This document shows positions 18,628-27,785 of a DNA stretch of 37,703 bases, piece after piece. A program made the position numbers and the translations under genes. Source of the DNA: Candidatus Hecatellales archaeon B24 (GTDB lineage Archaea > Thermoproteota > Bathyarchaeia > Hecatellales > Hecatellaceae). The DNA lies in assembly GCA_001593855.1 (NCBI GenBank), contig LUCC01000004.1:1-37703 (forward strand), given 5' to 3'. The notes under the pieces were generated by a model, which saw only the letters and a program-made list of their open reading frames with translations, did no database searches and had not been told where the DNA came from. The number at the start of each line of letters is the position of its first letter. The first letter of the stretch is position 1.

Positions 18628-20231
18628 GCCTTTCAGCCTTAAGGCTTGCCATCGTCTTCCTAAGGTTTCCCAAGGCTTTCCCGCTCCAAGGGTCAGCTTC
18701 CCAGCCTGTAAGCACAGCCCCAATTTTTCCAGCGTCCTCCTGCCCTAGAAGGCTGGGGTCAGGGTGCAGGACAGCCTTTTCAAAGCCTGAAGTCTTAACA
18801 TATTCAGCCAAATACTCAGCCATGCTTCTAAGCATTCCCTCGCTGTAAGGCTTCGCAGCTTCAAACTGGGAGAAAGGGTAAACCTCGCAGACGCTGGCCG
18901 GGGTTAACCCGAAAACAGGATTGTAGAAGCATACTTCAACGTCCTCTGAAAGCTTAAGTTCCGCCAGCAGCCTAGCAACCTTACCATACCTTTCATCCTG
19001 AGTGTAAGGTTTAACTTCAGGTTCAGGCAGCAGTAGGAGAATCTTCTTCTCACACTTAGAGGCTTCAACCAGCGTTTCCCTAACCCTTTGAACTTCAGGC
19101 CTTCCAAGGCTTAGCTCGTCGAATATCAGCAAACCCCGGCTTTTCCATCTGGGAGTATGCTTCTCCAGGTATTTCCAGTGTTTAGCCAGGATTTTCAGGG
19201 CTTGGAGAAGGGCGGGGTGTCCTCTAGCCCTAACCTCCAAGTGTTCCCAAAGTCTTCCTTCAGCCAGACTCTGCTTAACCTTTTCCACCTCGGAAAAGCA
19301 GGCGTAAAGGTTGTGCTCCATAAGGAAGAAGGTTTTCTCCTTTTCAGGGAGTTCCTTTAAGTCTTCAAGGCTGGTTTTCCTGCAAGCTGGGCAGGGGCAT
19401 GAGAGAAACCTAAGCCTCTCAATTCTGATGGTTCCATGCTCAGTGATGTAGCGGCCGTCCTTGGCGTAAATAGCGTAGGCAGCGGAGTCGAAGAGGTCGC
19501 ATCCCAAGGCCACAGCCAGGGAGAACATGGCTGGATGGCCTGCACCGAAAAGGTGGAAGGGCTTCTCGCAGGGTAAACCGCTCTTAGCCGCTACAATCAT
19601 CTCCACAAGCAGGTCAAACCTGTAGGATTCCATCACGCCTGTCGGGCTTCCAAGCGCGTAAACGTCGAAGGGAAGCTCAGCCATACGTTTAGCGGCTGAG
19701 GCTACAAGGTCTAGGTGGCAGCCTCCCTGAACAGGTCCAACCCATAGAGGCTGCTTACCACCGTAGAGTTCTCTTACGTGCCGGAGGGTTTCTTTCCCTC
19801 TTCTAACGGTTTCCTCAACGGTTTTTTCAGCTTTACGTCTGGAAGCATCCCAGCCTGTTGGCACATCTAAAATTACAGCCACATCCGAGCCTATCTCACA
19901 CTGGTACCGGGCTATTTCAAGGGGGTCAACCTCAACTTCGCCGTACCTGAGAATCTGGTAGGCTCCTGAATCGCCTGAATCGGTTAAGATAACTCCTTTG
20001 AAGCCTAGAAGGCTGTGAACTCCCATTTCAACAGCCTTTCCCCCATAGGTTTTCCAGAGAATGTAAGCGTTAGACGTGAGCCCTTTAAACCCTATCTCCC
20101 AAAGCCTCCCAGGAGGAAACTCTAAGGTTCTAGGGTTCAGGCAGAAGCGCGGGAGTTTCAAGGCTGCCCCTCCTAAGCTTAAGCCTTCCAATCCTTCCAG
20201 CCAAATCTTCAAATTTAACTTCAAAACTCAA
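18614..20231 (-). pseudogene. tgtA: Archaeal tRNA-guanine(15) transglycosylase, frameshifted near 20138 as given (true lesion or sequence error)
   Basis: Conserved N-terminus MSFEVKFEDLAGRIGRL...ETPALLP (TTG 20231) stops at 20130-20132; the rest (DSGAYQ, HLFGAGHP, DLFDSA, CPCPAC, HNL) is in another frame. Confidence 0.8.
19965..19982. repeat. Perfect 9-bp tandem duplication inside tgtA
   Basis: cctgaatcg-cctgaatcg, giving TDSGDSGAYQ. Confidence 0.9.
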
Positions 20232-20306
20232 GGTTTAATCTTCCCTCTACTAGCTTGAAAAAGGAGGCTTAAGAAAATTTAGGGGATGCCCTTAAAAGGA
20301 TGTTTC

Positions 20307-20639
20307 CTACTTAAGCATGGCCTTCGCGATTTCCTCTTTGATTTCCTCCTTGGTTTTTCCTTCAGTTTCTATGCCTAGGTCTTTAGCTATCTTCTGAAGC
20401 GTTTCTTCCTCTTCTTCCTCGGTTAGCTTTCCTTCCTTAAGCTTCTGCTTCAGCCTTTGCACTTCAGCTTCAGCTTCAGCTTTCCCCTTTTCGAATTCTC
20501 CTGTGGCTTTGCCTATGCTTCTTGCCAGCTCAGGAAGCTTCTTGGCTCCGAAGAGAACTATTACGATTACGACTATGAGGACTATCCATTCCATTCCCTG
20601 AACGGTTGGGATGAAATTCAGCACTGGAAGACTGGACAT
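20307..20639 (-). CDS. tatA: Twin-arginine translocase TatA
   Basis: TM helix followed by LFGAKKLPELARSIGKATGEF; directly downstream of tatC. Confidence 0.93.
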   Translation of the reverse strand: MSSLPVLNFIPTVQGMEWIVLIVVIVIVLFGAKKLPELARSIGKATGEFEKGKAEAEAEVQRLKQKLKEGKLTEEEEEETLQKIAKDLGIETEGKTKEEIKEEIAKAMLK

Positions 20640-20640
20640 G

Positions 20641-21474
20641 CTACAGCACCGACTTACCTTTATCAGGCGAACCTATTTTAATCTTGTGGCGGGCAGATAT
20701 AAGCCATCCTGCCGCGTAGAGGGCTATCATAGGCCCGGCCACCATGAACATGGTTACTCCGCTTCCATCCGGCGTGATGACCGCCCCGAAAATGCACATG
20801 GCAGCAAAAGCGTAGCTGAAGTTTTCCTTCCAGAAGCTTGCTTCCACCACCTCCAGCGAGGTTAACAGTATCATTATGAGGGGAAGCTCGAAGGCTATTC
20901 CGAAGGCCGCCATGAAGAGAAGGACGAAAGATATGAAGCTGTCTATGGTTAGAAAGGTGATAAGGTTTATGGCTATAGCATACTTGAAGAGGAAGTCTAT
21001 GGTGAAAGGCAGAATCAGCACGTAGGCGAAAAAGGCTCCCACCACGAAGAGGATGGCTGCAGGGCCGCTAAGCTTAACGATAAGCCTTTTCTCATGCGGG
21101 TAAAGCCCTGGAGACACAAACTTCGCGAACTGGTAGACTATCATAGGCATCCCCAGCGTTAACCCCAAGAATATGGAGCAGTAGAACAGAGCTATAAGGG
21201 CGTCCCAGGGAGTTGTCACGATGACCTTAACGTATTCCGGTAGCAAGTCGTGCTGCAGCTTCTGGAGAAGCATGGCTGCCACGTTGTGGAAGGGGTCTGG
21301 ATAAGGATAATACACTGGGTAGCTGTTAATCTCCGTCTGCTTAATGGTGAGGGCGAAGCTTCCAGCAACTATTATGGCAATGGTTAGAATGACCTTGACA
21401 GCTCTATCCCTAAACTCTTGAAGGTGTTCCATCCAGCTCATGCGGGGACCTATGTCTTCGCTGTCCTCAGACAT
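20641..21474 (-). CDS. tatC: Twin-arginine translocase TatC
   Basis: EHLQEFRDR, FVSPGLYPHEK, FELP, ITPDGS. Confidence 0.95.
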   Translation of the reverse strand: MSEDSEDIGPRMSWMEHLQEFRDRAVKVILTIAIIVAGSFALTIKQTEINSYPVYYPYPDPFHNVAAMLLQKLQHDLLPEYVKVIVTTPWDALIALFYCSIFLGLTLGMPMIVYQFAKFVSPGLYPHEKRLIVKLSGPAAILFVVGAFFAYVLILPFTIDFLFKYAIAINLITFLTIDSFISFVLLFMAAFGIAFELPLIMILLTSLEVVEASFWKENFSYAFAAMCIFGAVITPDGSGVTMFMVAGPMIALYAAGWLISARHKIKIGSPDKGKSVL

Positions 21475-21660
21475 GTCTAGGCCTCAAAAATAAAGCGGTA
21501 AACCATTAAATAAAAGCTTTAGAAGCCCTCGTTCCCCTGTTTCAGCCGGAAAGGGTATAGTAAAATTAAAATTTCAGGTGGGAAAAATAAAAGTAATGTT
21601 TGCAGTTTATATGAGGCAGGGTGCGAAGGGGGGAAATGAGGAGGTTAAAGGTGTAAGCTT

Positions 21661-23580
21661 TTGATAGATGGACTGCTTATAGGTTTAACCGTTGGGTTCC
21701 CTGTGGTTACAGGCCTCTTGGCCCGGGGTCTTCCAGGCGTTTGGTCAAGAAGACTGCTGGTAGTTTTAACCACCATCGTTCTAATCGTCTCCTCGCTTCT
21801 ACTCCTGTGGAGAGGCCCCTACACCTATACTCTCCCAGAGTTTTGGGACGAGGTTATAGTGGTTTTAGACTTCATCCTGCTCTTTTACTTCCTCTATCTG
21901 GGCTTCAGAATCAGGCATCCGCTTGTAGTTGTTTTAACTTTGCTCCAGCTGGTTCCCCTCGCCTACTTTGAGGCTTCTCTCCCGGTTATCCACGTGGAGC
22001 CTACGCTTGCCATAGACTTCCTAGCCATCATCATGTGCCTAATCATATGCGTTATAGGCTCTCTCATCTGCGTTTACGCTTTAAGCTACATGGACGAGCA
22101 TGAGGAGCACCTGCACCTGGCCAAAACCAGGCAGCCCAGATTCTTCCTTTACATGCTGCTTTTCCTCGGAGCCATGAACGGGCTGGTTTTCGCCAACAAC
22201 CTTTACTGGCTCTACTTCTTCTGGGAGGTTACCACGCTGTGCTGCTTCCAGCTTATCAGGCATGATGAAACACCGCAGGCGGAAAAAAATGCTGCCCTGG
22301 CCCTCTGGATGGGCCTCATAGGCGGAGTAGCCTTCGTCGCCAGCCTTTTCATCGGCTACTACCAAGTTGGAAATCTGGGTCTCAACAGTCTGATGTCTGC
22401 TCAGCCTGCCGCTATTATCCTTTTAGCCTTCGCCTGTCTGGCGTTAGCTGCCTTCACCAAGTCTGCTCAAGTACCCTTCCACAGCTGGCTTCTAGGTGCG
22501 ATGGTGGCGCCTACTCCCGTTTCCGCCCTTCTCCACTCCAGCACCATGGTTAAGGCAGGCGTATACTTGGTGCTTAGGATTGCTCCAGCCCTTCAGGGTA
22601 CAGCTTTAACTTCGGCTGTAGCCTTTGTGGGAGGGTTGAGCTTTCTGGTTACCGCGGTTCTCGCCATAAGTCAGAGGGAGTCTAAGCGTATCCTCGCCTA
22701 TTCAACCATTGGAAACCTCGGCCTCATCATTCTCTGCGCCGGAGTTAACACTCCTCTGTCCATGGTTGCCGCCCTGCTTTTACTGGTTTTCCACGCCATG
22801 TCTAAGGGGCTTCTCTTCCTCGGTGCCGGAATAGTTGAGAACAGGGTTTACAGCCGGAATATTGAGGATTGGGAGGGGCTTATCGCAAGGTTTCCCCTGA
22901 TTTCAGCCATCATGCTGGTGGGGATGTTCACCATGTTCCTTCCCCCCTCTGGGATGCTTCTGGCTAAATGGGTAACGCTGGAGGCTGTAGCCTCCTCTCC
23001 AGCCCAGTGGGCTATAACGCTCGTAACAATCCTCGCGGTTGGAAGCGCGGCTACAACCCTCTTCTGGTCGAAGTGGATGGCTCACCTGCTCTTCCACCCG
23101 TCCACAGCTGAAAGGGCTAAACGGGAGAAGCTTCAGCTTCCATACTTGGCTTCAACCATCACCATAACTGCGCTGGACATAGCTGTAAGCGTTATAGCCG
23201 CGGTTCTGGTTGCAGCCTTAGTGATTCCAACGGTTAAGCCCTGGTACGCGGTTAAACTGGCTTTGCCGCTTCTAAACCTCTCAACGGGAATCGGAGCATT
23301 CCCCATATGGCCTCTCTTCCTAGTTATGGCGGTAGCCTTAGCCCTTGCGGTGATGGTTTTCAGGGCTAAAGGTGGAAAGCTGGTTTCACCCTACATGTGC
23401 GGGGAAAACGTTGAAGGCGCTCCAGCCTCCTTCCGCTCCACAGCCGACCTAGAATTCAACTTTGACGCTTCAGGAATGTTCTTCGATAGAGCACTGGGAG
23501 AACCTAAAACCAACAGGTATGTAACCGCGGTTGGAATCCTCCTAACGGTTCTGGTTTTCGCCTTGGCTTTGGTGGTATAA
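21661..23580 (+). CDS. echA: Energy-converting hydrogenase antiporter-like membrane subunit (EchA; NuoL/MrpA family)
   Basis: FFWEVTT, KSAQVPFHSWL.GAMVAPTPVSALLHSSTMVKAG, LAYST, HAMSKGLLFL; first gene of an echA-F order. Confidence 0.88.
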   Translation: MIDGLLIGLTVGFPVVTGLLARGLPGVWSRRLLVVLTTIVLIVSSLLLLWRGPYTYTLPEFWDEVIVVLDFILLFYFLYLGFRIRHPLVVVLTLLQLVPLAYFEASLPVIHVEPTLAIDFLAIIMCLIICVIGSLICVYALSYMDEHEEHLHLAKTRQPRFFLYMLLFLGAMNGLVFANNLYWLYFFWEVTTLCCFQLIRHDETPQAEKNAALALWMGLIGGVAFVASLFIGYYQVGNLGLNSLMSAQPAAIILLAFACLALAAFTKSAQVPFHSWLLGAMVAPTPVSALLHSSTMVKAGVYLVLRIAPALQGTALTSAVAFVGGLSFLVTAVLAISQRESKRILAYSTIGNLGLIILCAGVNTPLSMVAALLLLVFHAMSKGLLFLGAGIVENRVYSRNIEDWEGLIARFPLISAIMLVGMFTMFLPPSGMLLAKWVTLEAVASSPAQWAITLVTILAVGSAATTLFWSKWMAHLLFHPSTAERAKREKLQLPYLASTITITALDIAVSVIAAVLVAALVIPTVKPWYAVKLALPLLNLSTGIGAFPIWPLFLVMAVALALAVMVFRAKGGKLVSPYMCGENVEGAPASFRSTADLEFNFDASGMFFDRALGEPKTNRYVTAVGILLTVLVFALALVV

Positions 23581-23581
23581 A

Positions 23582-24463
23582 ATGGATGGATGGCTTCTCA
23601 GCCTCACGGTTGCCGTCGGACTTGTGGTAGCAGCTCCCTTTATAGGAGGAATCCTAAGCGGGATAGACCGGAAGCTCACGGCGAGAATGCAGAACAGGGT
23701 TGGACCCCCAATTATTCAGCCTTTCTACGACCTGCTGAAGCTTTGGGGGAAGGAAAGCTTTGTGGCAAGCCGCTTCCAAGCTCTGCTGGCTTTCTCCTTC
23801 ATGGTTTTCTCGGTGGTAGCCTTCACCCTGCTTGTCCTAGCCCAAGACCTTCTGCTCATAGTGTTCGTCATTTCGCTGGCCGACGTATGCCTTGTTCTCG
23901 GAAGCTACTGTGGAAGGTCTCCCTACAGCTATCTTGGGGGGAGAAGGGAACTGCTTCAAATGCTCGCCTACGAGCCTATTCTGATACTTGCCGTCGTAAA
24001 CATTTACGCGGCCACAGGAAGCTTCATGGTTGAAGGCGTTTTCAAGCTTGGCTTCCCGCTGGTAATACTGCTGCCAGGAGTTTTCCTAGCCCTCCTCATA
24101 GCCCTGCCCATCGAAGCCAGAAAGTCCCCCTTCGACATCTCAGCCAGCCACCACGCCCACCAGGAAATAGTCCGAGGAGTCTTCACCGAGTTTTCAGGCT
24201 TCTCCCTAGCCCTCATAGAGTTCGGCCACTGGTTCAAGCTAATCTTCTACCTCGCCCTCCTCGCGCTTTTCTGGGTGCCACTCCTATGGCTGGGAGCCGT
24301 TCTCGCCTTCATCTTCTACTTCATAATCATGATTGTAGACAATATCTTCCCTAGGCTCACTTGGACTTTTATGTTGAAGGCTGTCTGGCTGGCAGGCTTC
24401 ACCCTTGCAGTTTCAAACCTTATCGTTTTAGCACTGCTGGGAGTTGGTTTAGCATGGGCGTAA
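23582..24463 (+). CDS. echB: Ech membrane subunit B (NuoH family)
   Basis: DRKLTARMQNRVGPPIIQPFYDLLKL, KSPFD...AHQEIVRG..TEFSG. Confidence 0.9.
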   Translation: MDGWLLSLTVAVGLVVAAPFIGGILSGIDRKLTARMQNRVGPPIIQPFYDLLKLWGKESFVASRFQALLAFSFMVFSVVAFTLLVLAQDLLLIVFVISLADVCLVLGSYCGRSPYSYLGGRRELLQMLAYEPILILAVVNIYAATGSFMVEGVFKLGFPLVILLPGVFLALLIALPIEARKSPFDISASHHAHQEIVRGVFTEFSGFSLALIEFGHWFKLIFYLALLALFWVPLLWLGAVLAFIFYFIIMIVDNIFPRLTWTFMLKAVWLAGFTLAVSNLIVLALLGVGLAWA

Positions 24464-24887
24464 TGGCGAAGTCTAGAGCTAAGTCTCCTTGGATACTGCA
24501 TGTTAACTGTGGAAGGGCTGCGACATAGAAATCCTAGCGTGTTTAACCCCAAGGTTCGATGTGGAGAGGTTTGGAATGCTTCACATGGGAAATCCTAAGC
24601 ACGCTGACATTCTGCTTATAACAGGGCCTGCCAACCGGAGGAATGCTAGGGTGCTTAAAACCCTCTACGAGCAGACTCCTGAGCCGAAGGTTGTAGTGGC
24701 TGTGGGAACCTGCGCCTGCACCGGAGGCATATTCCACAACTGCCCCAACGTGCTGGGAGGAGTTGACAAGGTTATCCCCATAGACGTCTACGTTCCAGGC
24801 TGCGCTGCAAGGCCTGAATCCATCATAGACGGCGTGGTTTTGGCTCTGCAGAAGCTTGCGGAAAAGAGGGTGGAGGAGGAAGCCTGA
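24463..24887 (+). pseudogene. echC: Ech small subunit C (NuoB family), frameshifted at about 24515 as given (true lesion or sequence error)
   Basis: ATG 24463 MAKSRAKSPWILHVNCG runs to TAG 24526-24528; GCDIEILACLTPRFDVERFG...GTCACTGG...PGCAARP resumes at 24516 in another frame. Confidence 0.85.
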
Positions 24888-26665
24888 TGGCGTCGCAGGT
24901 TGTCGAAGTACCCGTAAGCAAGGCTGAGCTTTTCACGAAAATCTACGAGCTTGCCGCAGCCAAGGCCAGGTTTATAGCTATAACATGCAAGGACCTAGAA
25001 GACCGCTTCGAAGTCATCTACCACTTCGAGGAAGACCTGAAAGTTGTGAACGTTAAAGTTGAAATCGGGAAGGACGAGGTTTTACCCAGCATAACCAGCA
25101 TATACCCCTGTGCTTTCTTGGCCGAAAACGAGATAAAAGACATGTTCAAGGTGAACTTTGCAGGCTTAAGCCCTGACCTCCAGGGTAGGCTTCTGAAAAC
25201 GGCTGACGCCACTCAGACCACCCTTCTGAAGCCTGCGGTAGGAGTTCAGCCTCCAAAGTTCCGGCTGGAGGCAAGATGCGGCCAGCAGTGTCCAGCCGGA
25301 ATAGACATACCCCGCTATGTTAGGCTTATCGCGGAAGGAAAATACGTGGAATCCTTCCAGACTATTCTTGAGAAGGCTCCTTTCCCCGCCATTCTTGGAA
25401 GAGTATGCTTCGCCCCTTGCGAGGAAGGATGCAGGCAGGCTAAAAACGAGCAGCCCATACCTATAAGGCTGCTTAAACGCTTCGTAGCAGACCAGGTTGG
25501 CGTGAAGAAGCTTAAGGTGGAAAGGCTTAAGTCCACCGGTAAGAAGGTTGCCATCGTCGGGGCGGGGCCGGCAGGCCTTACAGCCGCCTACTACCTCGGC
25601 CTCCTAGGCCATGAGGTAACGGTTTTCGACGAGTTTCCCAGGCCTGGAGGAATGATGCTTTCAGGCATACCTGAGTACAGGCTTCCCAAGAAGCTTATGG
25701 AGGCTGAGATTAAGGCGAGAATGGAAGAGGCTGAAGTTGAGCTTAAACTTGGAAGGAAAATTGAAAGCCTAGACGAGCTTCTGGGCGGAGGCTACGACGC
25801 CGTTTTCATAGCTGTGGGAGCCCATGAAGGCGTGAAGCTTGGTGTTGAAGGAGAAGACCATCCGAAGCTCTTAGACTGCCTCCAGCTTTTAAGGGAGGTT
25901 AATCTTCAAGGTGAAAGGCCTAAGATAGGCCGAAAAGTGGTGGTTATAGGCGGGGGAAACAGCGCCATAGACGCTGCAAGGGTTTCACGGAGGCTTGGAG
26001 CTGAAGACGTAACCATCTTTTACCGGCGGACTAGGAAGGAGATGCCTGCCACCCCAAGAGAGGTGGAAGAAGCTGAAGCTGAAGGCGTTAAACTGGAGTT
26101 CCTTGTAGCTCCAACCAAGGTTCTGCCAGGCGAATCCCCGGCGAAAATGGAGTTCATAAGGATGAAGCTTGGAGCACCCGATGCCTCTGGAAGGCCTAGG
26201 CCTGAACCCGTTCCCGGAAGCGAGTTCACCGTGGAGGCTGACGTTTTCATTAGGGCCATAGGCCAGGTGGTCACCGTTCCCAAGGGATTCAACCTTAAAC
26301 TGGACAGGCGGGGCCGAATAGAAGTTAACCCTGAAACCTTGGAGACAAGCCGCAGCGGGGTTTTCGCTGGGGGAGACGCTGTGACAGGCCCCGCCTCGGT
26401 GGCTGAAGCTATAGGAGCAGGATGGAAGGCTGCCAGCGCCATAGACAGATACCTAGGCGGCCAAGGCCTTAAAGAGCGTGAACTGAAGGAAGAGTTAACG
26501 TTGAGGCCCAGCGTTGAAGACGTTTTAGAGCTTGAGAGCATTCCGGTCGCCATGCTTCCTGTGGAGCAGAGGCTTAAAGGCTTCGACGAGGTGGAGTTAG
26601 GCTACCGGGAGAAGGAGGCTGTTCAGGAGGCTAAACGCTGCTGGAGGTGTGACTGGTATGAGTAA
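24887..26665 (+). CDS. Fusion protein: EchD/NuoC-like domain plus GltD/NfnB-like FAD- and NAD(P)H-binding Fe-S oxidoreductase
   Basis: aa 1-~110 YHF...LPSITSIYPCAFLAENEIKDMF; then CGQQCPAG, GRVCFAPCEEGC, GAGPAG, GIPEYRLP, GGGNSAIDAAR, YRRT, FAGGD..TGP, EAKRCWRC. Confidence 0.9.
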   Translation: MASQVVEVPVSKAELFTKIYELAAAKARFIAITCKDLEDRFEVIYHFEEDLKVVNVKVEIGKDEVLPSITSIYPCAFLAENEIKDMFKVNFAGLSPDLQGRLLKTADATQTTLLKPAVGVQPPKFRLEARCGQQCPAGIDIPRYVRLIAEGKYVESFQTILEKAPFPAILGRVCFAPCEEGCRQAKNEQPIPIRLLKRFVADQVGVKKLKVERLKSTGKKVAIVGAGPAGLTAAYYLGLLGHEVTVFDEFPRPGGMMLSGIPEYRLPKKLMEAEIKARMEEAEVELKLGRKIESLDELLGGGYDAVFIAVGAHEGVKLGVEGEDHPKLLDCLQLLREVNLQGERPKIGRKVVVIGGGNSAIDAARVSRRLGAEDVTIFYRRTRKEMPATPREVEEAEAEGVKLEFLVAPTKVLPGESPAKMEFIRMKLGAPDASGRPRPEPVPGSEFTVEADVFIRAIGQVVTVPKGFNLKLDRRGRIEVNPETLETSRSGVFAGGDAVTGPASVAEAIGAGWKAASAIDRYLGGQGLKERELKEELTLRPSVEDVLELESIPVAMLPVEQRLKGFDEVELGYREKEAVQEAKRCWRCDWYE

Positions 26666-27785
26666 GGGTGCAGCCACCCGGAAATACACGGTTTTCCCCT
26701 TCGGACCTCAGCATCCTGTTCTGCCCGAGCCCATTCAGCTCAGGTTCACCGTGGACGAGGAAAAAATAGTTGACGTAGGCGTGAACGTGGGCTATATTCA
26801 CCGGGGGGTGGAAAGAGCCTGCGAGCTTAACGACTACCAGCGGAACGTATACCTCTGCGAAAGGGTCTGCGGAATATGCAATGTAATGCATGCCTTATGC
26901 TACTGTATGGCTTTGGAGAAGCTTGTGGACGTGGAGGTTCCTGAAAGAGCCCAGTATTTGAGGGTTATATGGGCAGAGCTTAACAGGCTTGAAAGCCACC
27001 TCCTATGGCTGGGCCTCCTAGCCGACGCCATGGGCTTCGAAAGCCTCTTCATGCAGTTCTGGAGGGACAGGGAAATCGTTATGGACCTCCAGGAGCGTAC
27101 AGGTGGAAACAGGGTTATACCTTCAACCTGCGTGGTTGGAGGGGTTAGAAGGGACATTCTTAAGCCCTTGGCTGAACGTTTCAGGGAAGGCATGATTGAG
27201 CTTAGAAGGCGGGTGGACAAGCTTGCCCCAGTCATTCTTAAGGACCCAGCCTTCAAGAGGAGAACCGTTGGGAAAGGCTTTCTGTCCTATGACGACGCCC
27301 TGATGCTTGGAGCCGTAGGCCCCACAGGCAGGGGAAGCGGCCTAGTGAAAGACATCAGGCTTGAAGGCTACCAGGCCTACAAGCACCTCAAATTTGAGCC
27401 CGTAGTGGAAAAGGACGGCGACGTTTACGCCAGAACCCTTGTAAGGTTCTACGAGGTATACCAGGCCATAGACTTGATTCTCGAAGCCTTAAAAAGCATG
27501 CCTGAAGGGGAAATCAGGGTTAAACCTGAAAAGTGGCCTGAAGGAGAGGCTGTGGCAAGGGTTGAGCAGCCTAGAGGAGAACTTTTCTACTATGTTAAAG
27601 GGAACGGAACTAACAGGCTTGAAAGAGTTAAAATTCGAACTCCAACCCTCGCCAACATTCCGCCTTTGCTTGCCATGCTTCCAGGATACGAGGTAGCAGA
27701 CATACCTGTAATCGTTCTCTCCATAGACCCCTGCATAGCCTGCACTGAAAGGATAACCCATGTTAAGAAGGGAGGGGGAAACTGA
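26658..27785 (+). CDS. echE: Group 4 [NiFe]-hydrogenase large subunit (EchE)
   Basis: GPQHP, HRGVE, L1 ERVCGICNVMH and L2 DPCIACTER both intact; start ATG 26658 or GTG 26649. Confidence 0.93.
   Translation: MSKGAATRKYTVFPFGPQHPVLPEPIQLRFTVDEEKIVDVGVNVGYIHRGVERACELNDYQRNVYLCERVCGICNVMHALCYCMALEKLVDVEVPERAQYLRVIWAELNRLESHLLWLGLLADAMGFESLFMQFWRDREIVMDLQERTGGNRVIPSTCVVGGVRRDILKPLAERFREGMIELRRRVDKLAPVILKDPAFKRRTVGKGFLSYDDALMLGAVGPTGRGSGLVKDIRLEGYQAYKHLKFEPVVEKDGDVYARTLVRFYEVYQAIDLILEALKSMPEGEIRVKPEKWPEGEAVARVEQPRGELFYYVKGNGTNRLERVKIRTPTLANIPPLLAMLPGYEVADIPVIVLSIDPCIACTERITHVKKGGGN

Noticed and set aside
18407..18723. ORF-track entries 18407-18604(+) and 18466-18723(-)
   Set aside because: Wrong frames; the real gene is rpo12 at 18460-18627
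20455..20485. cttcag tandem repeats in tatA
   Set aside because: Encodes the low-complexity AEAEAE helix; ordinary coding repeat
20307..21474. tatAC as an export system for the adjacent hydrogenase
   Set aside because: No twin-arginine leader on any Ech subunit; group 4 enzymes face the cytoplasm
24505..24530. Programmed frameshift or selenocysteine explanation for the echC break
   Set aside because: No in-frame TGA, no slippery site, and conserved codons are physically missing
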